A program made the translations under genes and the position numbers. A DNA stretch of 64,000 nt from assembly GCA_963663765.2 (NCBI GenBank), contig CAXXUA010000005.1:704001-768000 (forward strand), read 5' to 3'. This DNA comes from Candidatus Poribacteria bacterium (lineage in GTDB: Bacteria; Poribacteria; WGA-4E; WGA-3G). Each line of letters starts with the position of its first letter. The stretch's first letter is position 1. Under the pieces are notes generated by a model. That model saw only the letters and a program-made list of their open reading frames with translations, was not told the DNA's origin and searched no databases. This document shows, one piece after another, positions 40,083 to 50,607 of the stretch.

Positions 40083-41145
40083 AGACATTATAATGATTTA
40101 GTTGCAAAGTTTAGTTAACCTCTGTTATATTAATTACAATCTTATAAATGGAGAATTACAATCTTATAAATGGAGGTTATCACATGATCATTTTTGAAAA
40201 TATCAAAGACAAAGCTAATACGCTTCTATCCCTCACTGGATATACTTTAGAGGAGTTTACAGCACTATTGCCTCATTTCTCTAAGAGTTTTTTAGAGTAT
40301 ATGGAAACACATACACTTGATGGAAAACCGCGTAAAAATCGGAAATATAAACCCTACAAGAATAGTTGTTTTGCTTCCCTTGAAGATATGTTGCTATTTA
40401 TATTAATTTACCTTCATGAAGCTCCGAAGCAAGTTCTATTCGGCACGCTCTTTGGTATGTCTCAACCTCTTACCAATAAATGGATCCACTTGCTTTTGCC
40501 GATATTGAACACCGCATTAGCAGAACTTGGAGAGGTGCCATCTCGGGATACAGACCCCGCATCTCTGCGTGGTGCTTGTGAGGTATCAACTCAAAGTCAA
40601 GAAGGAGAACTTTTTTTCATGATGGTGTAGAGCGACCCATACTGCGTCCAAAAGACCCGCAAACTCAAAAGGCGTATTATAGCGGTAAAAAGAAATGCCA
40701 TACAGTAAAAAACAATCTGATAATCAATGAACACTGCAAAGTCGTTTTATTGACACCCTCTTTTGAAGGAAGACACCATGACAAACGGATAGCTGATATC
40801 GTAGGTTATTGTGTGCCACCGGGAAGCACATTGTATCAAGATACCGGTTTTCAAGGGTTCGACCTTCCTGATGTAAACATTGTTCAACCGAAGAAAAAAC
40901 CAAAAGGTAGAGAACTTACGGATGAAGAAAAAGAAAACAATCGGAAGATAGCATCCATACGCATACGTATTGAACATGTGATTAGTGGTATCAAAAGATA
41001 CCGCATCGTCAAAGATAAACTCAGAAATTGGAAGAAAGGGTTTAGTGATTCCGTAATGGAAACCTGTTGTGCCTTACACAATTTTCGACTAAATTTCAGA
41101 CCATGGCGATATGAAACTCCTGCGATTTAATTCATTATAATGTCT
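40083..41145 (+). mobile_element. IS5-family-like (DDE_Tnp_4, ISL2-type) insertion sequence, 14-bp TIR, 3-bp TSD ATT
   Basis: agacattataatga / tcattataatgtct; att on both flanks. Confidence 0.88.
40184..41130 (+). CDS. Transposase split by a -1 frameshift at the T7 run 40611-40617
   Basis: ORF1 HTH (LTG.T.EEF..L, LFGMSQ); the -1 frame continues FHDGVERPILRPKD...YYSGKKKCHT...HD...DTGFQG...RIRIEH. Confidence 0.88.
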
Positions 41146-41210
41146 ATTACAAATCCCATAAAAAAGGAAGCAAAGTTTATACCAATTCAAATAAATCTTG
41201 TCTCATTAAG

Positions 41211-42667
41211 CAATACCTTCGCCAAAAATTAGTTGAATAAAATGGGCTTTTGTCCTATAGTGTTTACACTGTAATAACAAAACAAAAGGACAAATTCCCA
41301 TGTTAGAAATTATAGCACTTTTCTCAATTCTTAATCCATGTATTTCAAAAACAACGATCCATCAGTTATGTCAAGTTGTATTCGCACTGCTTGCGATGAC
41401 AGGACGGGTCACCATGTTAAATATCTCTCGTTGGACATTAAAAGGAGGTAGTTACCGCACTATACAACGCTTTTTCAACACAGTTCTTCCTTGGACGACA
41501 ATGTGTTGGACTTTTTTTCGCACACACTTGCTTGATCATGAGAGTGTTTATATCTTAGCAGGCGATGAAGTTGTCAGAAGCAAAGATGGAAAATGCACCT
41601 ATGGTTTATCACGCTTTTTTTCCTCATTGCATGGGAAAAGCATACCCGGTTTATCGTTCTTAGCCGTGTCCTTAGTCAGTGTATCTCAGCGACGTTCCTA
41701 CCCCATGGCTATTGAGCAAATCGTTCGGTGTGAAAAAACTTCAAAGCCTGCTGCCGCTCCGACTAAACAGTCAGACATCACCAACAAGACAGCAAAATCT
41801 AAAGGTGGACGTCCAAAAGGGAGCCGAAACAAAAATAAAAGAGATGTCGTTCTCAGTGATACTTTGAAACAACTTCAAACGCTGCTCAAAAAAGTGCTAC
41901 AACTAATAAATAACTTGATACCCATCCGTTATTTTGTCCTGGATGGCTATTTTGGAAATAATAACGCTCTACAAATGGTAAATCAATGTGGTCTCCATCT
42001 TATTTCAAAACTACGCACCGATGCTGCGTTGCATTTTCCACCGACAACACCTTACAAGGGACGCGGACGGCGTGCGATCTATGGAGAACGTGTCAATCCA
42101 CATAAGATTGATGAAAAATACTCTATTTTTACACAGACAGCGGACAATCTGAGAACTGATGTGTATCAAATGGAACTACACCACAAAAAGTTCCCCGACC
42201 CATTGAATGTCGTTTGTATCAAAAAAACAAACCTAACCACTAAACAGCAAGCTTACGTCTTATTATTCAGTTGTGATTTAGAACTTGACGCAGAAAAAAT
42301 GATAGATTATTATTCGCTTCGTTTTCAAATTGAGTTCAACTTTCGTGATGCAAAACAGTATTGGGGTATGCAAGGTTTCATGAATGTAAACAAAACCCCA
42401 GTGAACAATGCAGCGAATATGTCAATGTTTATGATAAATGTAAGTGCAAAACTCTCGGAAAAATACAGATGTCAAAATCCCGTATATAGTGTATTAGATC
42501 TTAAATCGCACTACCGAGGTCTGAAATATATACACGAAATATTAAAAATACTTCCGCAAAAACCTGAACCTATTGTTATTCAGCAAATCACTGAACGCCT
42601 GAGTTCAATCGGTGCTATTCACAACACTCAAGCAAATCTTAATCCTGGATAATTGGCGAAGGTATTG
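41211..42667 (+). mobile_element. IS4/IS701-like insertion sequence, 15-bp perfect TIR, 6-bp TSD ATTAAG
   Basis: caataccttcgccaa / ttggcgaaggtattg; attaag on both flanks; empty site present in neighbouring repeats. Confidence 0.93.
41300..42652 (+). CDS. DDE transposase
   Basis: AGDE, LDGYFG and YSLRFQIEFNFRDAKQ (Y-2-R-3-E-6-K) motifs. Confidence 0.93.
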   Translation: MLEIIALFSILNPCISKTTIHQLCQVVFALLAMTGRVTMLNISRWTLKGGSYRTIQRFFNTVLPWTTMCWTFFRTHLLDHESVYILAGDEVVRSKDGKCTYGLSRFFSSLHGKSIPGLSFLAVSLVSVSQRRSYPMAIEQIVRCEKTSKPAAAPTKQSDITNKTAKSKGGRPKGSRNKNKRDVVLSDTLKQLQTLLKKVLQLINNLIPIRYFVLDGYFGNNNALQMVNQCGLHLISKLRTDAALHFPPTTPYKGRGRRAIYGERVNPHKIDEKYSIFTQTADNLRTDVYQMELHHKKFPDPLNVVCIKKTNLTTKQQAYVLLFSCDLELDAEKMIDYYSLRFQIEFNFRDAKQYWGMQGFMNVNKTPVNNAANMSMFMINVSAKLSEKYRCQNPVYSVLDLKSHYRGLKYIHEILKILPQKPEPIVIQQITERLSSIGAIHNTQANLNPG

Positions 42668-43337
42668 ATTAAGGAATTCTACTGGTTACTGGCAGGGGGT
42701 TACTCTCTTCGGTAGGAGCGACCTCCCGGTCGCGAACGGGAGGTCGCTCCTACCAGATTTCCGCTACTAATGAGACATTATCACATGAAAATGGTATTAT
42801 ATGCGATATCAACTCTCAAATCCTTCAATAATCTTTGAGACTGCGTAAGTCCTCCTCTTGATAGGATGCTTGAAGAATCGAATTCAGAAATTTGAGGACT
42901 GTTAAATGGCAATACCAATTCAAATAAATCTTGTCTCATTAAGGAATTCTACTGGTTACTGGCAGGGGGTTACTCTCTTCGGTAGGAGCGACCTCCCGGT
43001 CGCGAACGGGAGGTCGCTCCTACCAGATTTCCGCTGCTAATGAGACATTATCACATGAAAATGGTATTATATGCGATATCAACTCTCAAATCCTTCAATA
43101 ATCTTTGAGACTGCGTAAGTCCTGCTCTTGATAGGATGCTTGAAGAATCGAATTCAGAAATTTGAGGACTGTTAAATGGCAATACCAATTCAAATAAATC
43201 TTGTCTCATTAAGGAATTCTACTGGTTACTGGCAGGGGGTTACTCTCTTCGGTAGGAGCGACCTCCCGGTCGCGAACGGGAGGTCGCTCCTACCAGATTT
43301 CCGCTGCTAATGAGACATTATCACATGAAAATGGTAT
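42668..43337. repeat. 270-bp-period tandem of a 156-bp nested-palindrome MITE (family 4, ATACCA ends); first copy starts at 41179 and is split by the IS
   Basis: Copies at 42912-43067 and 43182-43337; central hairpin ggtaggagcgacctcccg..cgggaggtcgctcctacc; inner IR tgtctcatta/taatgagaca. Confidence 0.9.
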
Positions 43338-43399
43338 TATAATACTGTAGATTTGAATCTACAAGACTGTAAGTATATTATAGATAACAATATAAGGAC

Positions 43400-44767
43400 T
43401 CATATTATGTCTTCTTCGGGTTCATTTTCGTGCATGATTTCCTGTAACCCGATTGCGAAGCGGAATGCGATAAGACAGATGCCGAAGCAGATAGCAAACA
43501 ACCATTGATATCCGATTCTTGGTATGAGGAGTCCACCTATGACAGGCGCGAAACTTGCCGGTAAAAGGATAGTGTTCATGAACCCGATGTAACTTGGTCG
43601 GCTGCGTGGTGGAGCGATGTTTAGCATATACGCCATAAATCCAACCATTACACCGTTTGCTAAAATGCCCCCTACTGTGAAGATTAGCAGATAAACAGAT
43701 ACGTATAAAGAAGGTTGCAGCATTCCAGATATGGATGCAATGAAAGGTGGAACCGCCATGAGTCCCGCTGTGATAATCAACAACCAGCGCACACCATATT
43801 TTTCTCCGATGTATCCCCATATTGCGTTTGAAACGACTCCACTCAATTGGGAGCATACGATGAAGAACCCGATGGTGGCTTCTGGCACACCTAATTCATA
43901 GATTGCATACGGGACAAAAAAGGGGGATGCCATTCCAGAAAAATGTGCTCCGATTCGGAAGAAAATGAAGCGGCGATAATTCTTGTCTGTGCGTAAAAAA
44001 TGGGGTCCCTGCTTTAGATGTTTCCATATCGGTTGACGTTTCGTGTTGACAGGGTGGATGGGTTCCCTAATTCCTAAGAAGCTGATAAAGGAGAGGAATG
44101 CAGCAATCACCGAACAGATAAAGAGAACCGCATAATTAGAAGGAAATCCGAGTTCAGTTTCTGTTTGGAAGATGAATTTGATGACATCTAATGTGAGTGT
44201 TCTAAATATTAGTGTTATCCATCCGAGTATGCCAGTAAATTCGTCTTCTTTTCCGAGCATAGCGCGTACAAGGAAGCCGACCCAGATTCCGAAGAAACCA
44301 CCGAAGAGTTGTCTTAGACTAAAGAAACGTGCGCGTCTATTCGGTTCAATGGATTTTGAGACGATGTCCATGTAGGGTAGGGTTGATACACCCATAGCAG
44401 AGGAGGATAGGAAATAGAACCCCAAGAAACAGCATGCAAGAATGAACGGGTTTTGTGAGCCGATTTGCACGGTGCAAAGGAATATTGCAAGCCATGCGAA
44501 CACACGGATACTCATTCCGATCGCGTAATACGGCATTTTGCGTTGCCGATGTTCCAGTAGATTGGACACCAGCAGTTGTGGCCACATCCAACCTGCTGTC
44601 ATCATTGAACCTGTCAAACCCACTAAAAGATAAGATTCGGTGAGTTTATGCACAAAGGCGGAAAGCACTATTCCTGGATCTACAAAGGCGAGGTTGATTC
44701 GCATGAAAGTACCTTGCAGCAGCGCGAATCCGAAGTTACGTCGTTGATTGTTTCTTTTTTTGTGCAT
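43400..44767 (-). CDS. MFS transporter
   Basis: About 12 TM segments; WGYIGEKYG motif; APP..RP.YIG. Confidence 0.88.
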   Translation of the reverse strand: MHKKRNNQRRNFGFALLQGTFMRINLAFVDPGIVLSAFVHKLTESYLLVGLTGSMMTAGWMWPQLLVSNLLEHRQRKMPYYAIGMSIRVFAWLAIFLCTVQIGSQNPFILACCFLGFYFLSSSAMGVSTLPYMDIVSKSIEPNRRARFFSLRQLFGGFFGIWVGFLVRAMLGKEDEFTGILGWITLIFRTLTLDVIKFIFQTETELGFPSNYAVLFICSVIAAFLSFISFLGIREPIHPVNTKRQPIWKHLKQGPHFLRTDKNYRRFIFFRIGAHFSGMASPFFVPYAIYELGVPEATIGFFIVCSQLSGVVSNAIWGYIGEKYGVRWLLIITAGLMAVPPFIASISGMLQPSLYVSVYLLIFTVGGILANGVMVGFMAYMLNIAPPRSRPSYIGFMNTILLPASFAPVIGGLLIPRIGYQWLFAICFGICLIAFRFAIGLQEIMHENEPEEDII

Positions 44768-44979
44768 TCTCTTTTGTGATCAGTGTGATAGGTAAATGAT
44801 TTTTGTGAAATGCGCGCGTTGTCTTTTGACAGAATTCCAGCGAATTGGTTGAGTTAAATATCTATCGGATAAATACAGTTCAAACTATTGTTTTTTCTTT
44901 ACAGAGAAGTGTGGGTATGGTAATTTGGTATAAATCTTATTTTACTATACACGCTTTGAAAGCGTATGAAGGAAAAAAT

Positions 44980-45933
44980 ATGGAACCTCTTCGAATTGGA
45001 TTTTTGGGTGCTGGTGGTTTCGCGAGACACACGATCTATCCTGCGTTGCACTTAGCACCAGTTGCATTACAAGCGGTTTGCGATGCAGATGAAAATCGTG
45101 CAAAAGCTGCCGCTGGGAAATTTGGTACGGGTAAATATTACTTGGATCGTCATGAGATGTTTGAAAAAGAGGATTTGGAAGCGGTAATAATCAGTATGGG
45201 ACCGGATCCAAGGCAACCGTTGGTGCTTGAAACGCTTGCGGCAGGCTATCATGTTTTTACACCGAAACCGCCTGCACCATCTCTTGAAGAAACGCTTGTT
45301 TTGGCAGAAGCAGCGGAAAAGCATGGCAAAACTTTGATGGTGAACTTCCAACGTCGTTTCAGTCTGGGTGTGCGCGAAGCAAGACGTATCATGCAGACCG
45401 AGTCTTTTGGTCAACTTACACAACTTTTCTGTTCGTTCTGTAGTGGTGCGTATGGGTCGGTGAAAGCGTATCTTCTTGATTTTGCTATCCATCATTTTGA
45501 TTTAGCACGGCACATTGCTGGCGCAAATGTCAATGAATTGTGTGTATTTCACAACGAGGTTGGCAATCAGGGTTCATTTGCTGTTGCTGTTGAATATACG
45601 AACGGTGCGGTTGGGACTTTGCAACTTTCAAGCCAACGTTTGTGGCAGCGTAATTATGACCACATTGAAATAACCGGGCAGCATGAATATATCGTATTAG
45701 AAGGTCTATGGGGTTTTGAACACTATACAGGTAGTGGAAATACCTTTAAGTCGAACTTTTCTGATGAACGTAATGGGGAGTTGACAGGCGATGGTATTAG
45801 TCTAACTGAGTTCGTGAATGCAATACGAGAGGACCGTCAACCTATATCGAGTATTCATGATTGCGTGGGTACGATGCGGTTCTATGATGCTGTTCTGCAG
45901 CGTAAGAAGGGTGTTATTTCACTTGCTGGTTAG
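44980..45933 (+). CDS. Gfo/Idh/MocA family oxidoreductase
   Basis: LRIGFLGAGG Rossmann motif, HVF.PKPP, VNFQRRF and IHHFD; ATG 44980 preferred. Confidence 0.9.
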   Translation: MEPLRIGFLGAGGFARHTIYPALHLAPVALQAVCDADENRAKAAAGKFGTGKYYLDRHEMFEKEDLEAVIISMGPDPRQPLVLETLAAGYHVFTPKPPAPSLEETLVLAEAAEKHGKTLMVNFQRRFSLGVREARRIMQTESFGQLTQLFCSFCSGAYGSVKAYLLDFAIHHFDLARHIAGANVNELCVFHNEVGNQGSFAVAVEYTNGAVGTLQLSSQRLWQRNYDHIEITGQHEYIVLEGLWGFEHYTGSGNTFKSNFSDERNGELTGDGISLTEFVNAIREDRQPISSIHDCVGTMRFYDAVLQRKKGVISLAG

Positions 45934-45955
45934 CATAACTTTTTTCTTATAGTTG

Positions 45956-46286
45956 TGTGCTGTTAGGAAACCGCACCATAGGCGTCAATTTAAAAAAAGT
46001 GTTTGCATTTTCTCTTGTGGGAGGGGTTTTCAACCCCGATATAACAGAAGATGAACATAAAATCCAAATCAACGTCAGAAGCGTGTTTGGCTTCTGTCGG
46101 GGTTGAAAACCCCTCCCACAATACGTGAAAATCCTAAAATTGACGCTTATGGTGCTGTTAGGAAACCGCACCCATAGGCGTCAATTTTAGGATTTTAACC
46201 TCTTTTGGGAGGGGTTTTCAATCTCTCCCAAAAGAAAAACGATAACATTTTTATTGACGTTTATGGTGCGGTTTCCTAACAGCACC
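45956..46286. repeat. Two family-2-variant MITEs (ATAGGCGTCAATTT TIR) interleaved with gtgctgttaggaaaccgcac palindromes
   Basis: Shells at 45978-46150 and 46174-46264; GGGAGGGGTTTTCAA cargo. Confidence 0.8.
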
Positions 46287-46298
46287 GGTCTTCTTATA

Positions 46299-47180
46299 TA
46301 TGGTGAATTATTTCTATGGTGAATTATTTCTATGGTGAATTATTGAAATAATTATACGCTTCTTCTGTAGGAGCAACCTCCCGGTCGCGATCGTTCCCTG
46401 CGTTGGTAGGAGCGACATCCCGGTCGCGACCGTCACCTGCGTTGGTAGGAGCGACATCCCGGGCGCGACCGTCACCTGCGTTGGTAGGAGCGACATCCTG
46501 GTAGCGATCGTCCCCTGCGTTGGTAGGAGCGACATCCTGGTAGCGATCGTCCACTGCGTTGGTAGGAGCGACATCCTGGTAGCGATCGTCCACTGCGTTG
46601 GTAGGAGCAACATCCTAGTCTCGACCGTCACCTGCGTTGGTAGGAGCGACCTCCCGGGCGCGACCGTCACCTGCGTTGGTAGGAGCGACCTCCCGGGCGC
46701 GACCGTCACCTGCGTTGGTAGGAGCGACCTCCCGGGCGCGACCGTCACCTGCGTTGGTAGGACCAACATCCTGATCGTGATCGTCCCCTACGTTGGAAGG
46801 AGCGACCTCCCGGTCCCGACCGTCACCTGCGTTGGTAGAAGCAACATCCTGGTCGCGAGCGTCCCCTGCGTTGGTAGAAGCGACCTCCCGGTCGCGAGCG
46901 TCCCCTGCGTTGGTATGACCAACATCCCGGGCGCGACCGTCCCCTGCGTTGGTATGACCAACATCCTGGTCGTGATCGTCCCCTGAGTTGGTAGGAACGA
47001 CATCCTGGTCGCGATCGTCCCCTGCGTTGGTATGACCAACATCCCGGGCGCGACCGTCCCCTGCGTTGGTAGGAGCGACCTCCCGGTCGCGACCGTATGT
47101 AGACCATATTTCAATACAATCATGACCATAAGGTCCCTCCTATCAACGCGAGAGTGTAATTAATTCCATAATCTACCATA
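46299..47180. mobile_element. MITE shell (TATGGT ends) with 19 tandem 39-bp GTAGGAGCGA REP units
   Basis: 39-bp period from 46367 to 47069; single degenerate closing arm at about 47125-47143. Confidence 0.88.
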
Positions 47181-47305
47181 AATTACCGAAATTATTTATT
47201 GATCTTCTAATGGCATTCATACCGTTGATTTCTTAATTTGGTGATTCAGACAAAAACCGCGAACCAAACAAAAAACTAAATATACCTGCCTTACGATTTC
47301 AACTC

Positions 47306-47334
47306 TTGACACATTCCACGTGATGCTATAAAAT
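47306..47334 (+). promoter_or_regulatory. Sigma70-type promoter for acs
   Basis: TTGACA-17 bp-TAAAAT about 50 bp upstream of the ATG. Confidence 0.65.
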
Positions 47335-47383
47335 AGAATCAAAAGAATGGAAGCACAGACACAGTTCATACAGGAGAGAATAG

Positions 47384-49327
47384 ATGGCTAACAACGTTTT
47401 TCCACCGGTGGAGACTGCCTATCCAATCGGTGAGGCTCACGTCAACAGCTTGGAAGCATACCAGAAACGATACGCTGAATCAATTCAAGACCCAGAATCA
47501 TTTTGGGAAAAAATTGCAGAACGGTTGACGTGGTATAAAAAATGGGATACAGTTCAGAATTATGACTTTGTGAAAGCACAAATTAAGTGGTTTGAAGGTG
47601 CTACGTTAAACGCCTGTTATAACTGCCTTGACAGACATGTAGAAGCAGGACATGGAGACACAACGGCTATTATTTGGGAAGGCAATGATCCTTCCGAAGA
47701 TAAGACTTTCAGTTTCAGCCAACTGCTTGCAGAAGTCAAAAAGTTTGCTAATGTCCTAAAATCGTTGGATGTTGAAAAAGGGGACCGCGTCTGCATATAC
47801 CTGCAAATGGTGCCAGAATTGGCAATTGCAATGTTGGCGTGTGCAAGGATTGGCGCAGTCCATTCCATTGTTTTCGGTGCGTTTTCTGCGGAATCATTGC
47901 GAGATCGAATCAACGACTCCACCTGCAAACTGCTGATAACACAAGATACAGCGTTGCGTGGCACACGTAGTGACATTCCAATGAAAGCAAACGCCGATGC
48001 AGCAGTAGAGAATTGTCCATCAATTGAGAAGGTCGTTGTCGTGAAGAGAACAGGTGATGAAGTAGAATTTGACACAACGCGCGATGTGTGGTGGCACGAA
48101 GCAATGGCTACTGCAGAGACCGAATGTGAACCAGAAGTCATGAACGCAGAAGACCCACTTTTCATCCTTTATACATCAGGTTCAACAGGAAAACCGAAAG
48201 GCGTTTTACACACTACTGGCGGTTATATGGTATACACATCCTATACCCACCAGCAGGTTTTTGACTACCATCAAGGCGATGTGTATTGGTGCACTGCCGA
48301 CATAGGATGGATTACTGGACATTCCTATATCATCTACGGACCTCTCGCGAATCGTGCAATTACCGTCATGTTTGAAGGTGTTCCGAATTATCCAGACTAC
48401 GGACGTTTTTGGCAAGTCGTAGAAAAACATAAGATAAACCTATTTTATACCGCGCCAACAGCACTGCGTGCATTAATGAAGGAGGGAAATACCTGGGTAG
48501 AAAAATATGATAGGTCTACGCTCAGATTACTTGGTACAGTCGGTGAACCTATAAAAGAACCTGAATGGCTATGGTATTATAATATCGTCGGTGAAAAACG
48601 GTGTCCAATTGTTGACACTTGGTGGCAGACAGAAACAGGTGGCATTCTGATTACACCCTTACCAGCTGCAACCCCACTAAAACCCGGTTCGGCAACGTTC
48701 CCGTTCTTTGGCATAGAACCTGTAATTTTAGACGAAGAAGGAAACGAAGTGGAAGGCAATCCTGCAACCGGTTATCTCTGCATCAAAACAGCTTGGCCCG
48801 GTATCATGCGGACAGTGTATGGTGACCATGAACGTTTTATAGATGTTTATTTTCGACGATTCCCTGGTTATTACATGACAGGTGATGGCGTGTTGCGTGA
48901 TGAAGATGGGTATTATTGGATAACGGGTCGTGTAGACGATGTGTTGAATGTCTCCGGACATAGATTAGGAACAGCCGAAGTTGAAGGGGCTATCGGGCAA
49001 CATCATGCCGTTGCGGAAGCCGCAGTTGTCGGATACCCACACGACATTAAAGGACAGGGTATCTATGCCTATGTTACGCTTATGACAGGTGAAACCGCAT
49101 CTGATGACGTAGCATCAGGTATCAAACTGGCAGTCCGTCAACATATCGGACCTATTGCTACACCAGACAAGATTCAGTTTACACCAGCGTTGCCGAAAAC
49201 ACGATCTGGAAAGATCATGCGCCGAATCCTACGCAAAATAGCCGAAGGTGACATATCTGATCTCGGTGATACGTCTACACTCGCTGATCCGACAGTCGTT
49301 GACGCATTGGTTGAAGGCAGACAGTAA
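47384..49327 (+). CDS. acs: Acetyl-CoA synthetase
   Basis: [21 protein letters not shown] and [11 protein letters not shown]; AGGAG RBS. Confidence 0.98.
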   Translation: MANNVFPPVETAYPIGEAHVNSLEAYQKRYAESIQDPESFWEKIAERLTWYKKWDTVQNYDFVKAQIKWFEGATLNACYNCLDRHVEAGHGDTTAIIWEGNDPSEDKTFSFSQLLAEVKKFANVLKSLDVEKGDRVCIYLQMVPELAIAMLACARIGAVHSIVFGAFSAESLRDRINDSTCKLLITQDTALRGTRSDIPMKANADAAVENCPSIEKVVVVKRTGDEVEFDTTRDVWWHEAMATAETECEPEVMNAEDPLFILYTSGSTGKPKGVLHTTGGYMVYTSYTHQQVFDYHQGDVYWCTADIGWITGHSYIIYGPLANRAITVMFEGVPNYPDYGRFWQVVEKHKINLFYTAPTALRALMKEGNTWVEKYDRSTLRLLGTVGEPIKEPEWLWYYNIVGEKRCPIVDTWWQTETGGILITPLPAATPLKPGSATFPFFGIEPVILDEEGNEVEGNPATGYLCIKTAWPGIMRTVYGDHERFIDVYFRRFPGYYMTGDGVLRDEDGYYWITGRVDDVLNVSGHRLGTAEVEGAIGQHHAVAEAAVVGYPHDIKGQGIYAYVTLMTGETASDDVASGIKLAVRQHIGPIATPDKIQFTPALPKTRSGKIMRRILRKIAEGDISDLGDTSTLADPTVVDALVEGRQ

Positions 49328-49335
49328 AATGTACC

Positions 49336-49470
49336 AGGACTTACGCACCCAACGGTAGGCGGGGAATGCCTAAATGGCATTCATACCGTTGATTTGGTGC
49401 TTTGTAAGCGCGCTATTGGGACTTGATGTGCCAGCACGCCTACCAGGGTGGGTTAGATAGAATCACCTAA
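49336..49470. mobile_element. Chimeric element: family-3 left end, 36-bp micro-element (49361-49396), right part matching 5277-5360
   Basis: caggacttacgca start without the matching right TIR; tgggacttgatgtgccagc shared with the 5.3-kb element. Confidence 0.75.
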
Positions 49471-49481
49471 TTTATTTATTA

Positions 49482-49758
49482 ACGAGTTGTGCTAAATAAC
49501 TTTATGTTAATCATTGTTTTACATAATCAGAACGTTTTGCAGGCAACCTTCATAGTTTGAAACGATCTTCAGTCCCGTAGGGACGATATGTTTATAGAAA
49601 AACGGCATAGTACATCCTCTTTAGTCCCGTAGGGACGATATGTTTATAGAAAAACGGCATAGTACATCCTCTTTAGTCCCGTAGGGACGATATGTGTGCA
49701 TTATAAACCTAATATATGTAAAAACTTGGAAAACAATGGGTTAACTAGCACAAGTCGT
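49482..49758. mobile_element. MITE family 1 copy (277 bp), 7-bp TSD TTTATTA
   Basis: Same length and structure as 29297-29573; tttatta on both flanks. Confidence 0.92.
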
Positions 49759-49914
49759 TTTATTAATCTCCATACAGTTTGTGCTACAATAACTTGTGAA
49801 AAGGACATTATACTAAGAATAAACGGTATCTGCAGGTCTATAATCCTATAGGTAGCAACTTGCGTTATTAAAGTAGAAATGGTATTAAATAAAGCGCATG
49901 AATGAGGAGTACGC

Positions 49915-50409
49915 GTGGCATCAGCAATAAGAATCGTAGATGCATTGAAAAAACAGAATATCACACATGCCGTTGGGGTACCAGACAACGGCAGCGCAAA
50001 GATTTACGAGTTATTATGCAAAGACAAGGAAATTGATGTAATCACAGTAACACGAGAAGGGGAAGCATTCGCAATCGCAGCCGGTTTATATATCGGTGGA
50101 AAGAAACCCGTTATCATCATTCAAAATACTGGTTTCTTAGAATCAGGTGATGCAATACGCGGCACAGTCATCAACATGAAAATACCTGTCGTTGTCCTCA
50201 TCGGGTATCGTGGTTATCACAACCGTGATGCTGATGGCAAGTGGGTTGACTCTGTTGCCACCTTCCTTGAACCGACACTCAAAGCATGGAACTTGCCCTA
50301 TCATAAGTTAGAAACAGACACTGATATTGAAAGCATTGATTGGGCATTCAATAAGTCTACAAAAACGTCCCTACCTGCTGCAGTACTCCTCATCGGACAT
50401 GCAAAATAA
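49915..50409 (+). CDS. TPP-enzyme N-terminal (Pyr) domain; sulfopyruvate/phosphonopyruvate decarboxylase alpha-subunit-like
   Basis: GVPD, VTREGEAFAIAAG, QNTG and GYRG; GTG start after GAGGAG. Confidence 0.8.
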   Translation: MASAIRIVDALKKQNITHAVGVPDNGSAKIYELLCKDKEIDVITVTREGEAFAIAAGLYIGGKKPVIIIQNTGFLESGDAIRGTVINMKIPVVVLIGYRGYHNRDADGKWVDSVATFLEPTLKAWNLPYHKLETDTDIESIDWAFNKSTKTSLPAAVLLIGHAK

Positions 50410-50430
50410 AGAAAAAGGAAAGTATAAGTA

Positions 50431-50583
50431 ATACCAATTCAAATAATACTGTCTCAATAAGGAATTCCACTTCTATTGCTGGTTGGATGTTCTTCTCATC
50501 GGTAGGAGCGACCTCTCGGTCGCGACCGGGAGGTCGCTCCTACCTGTGTAAGTGTGTAATTAATTCCATAATTTACCATAAAT
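50431..50583. mobile_element. Chimeric MITE: family-4 left end, GTAGGAGCGA hairpin, TTATGGTAAATT-family right end
   Basis: ataccaattcaaataa start; gtgtaattaattccataatttaccataaat end is the reverse complement of 4231-4260. Confidence 0.75.
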
Positions 50584-50607
50584 AACCCTGTGACTGGAGC
50601 GAATTAA

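Noticed and set aside
40083-42667. The two IS elements as autonomous partners of the MITE families
   Set aside because: Their TIRs (AGACATTATAATGA; CAATACCTTCGCCAA) do not match any shell end beyond a short ATACC similarity with family 4.
46314-47129. ORFs with LLPTQ 13-aa repeats
   Set aside because: Translations of the 39-bp REP array in several frames; no coding evidence.
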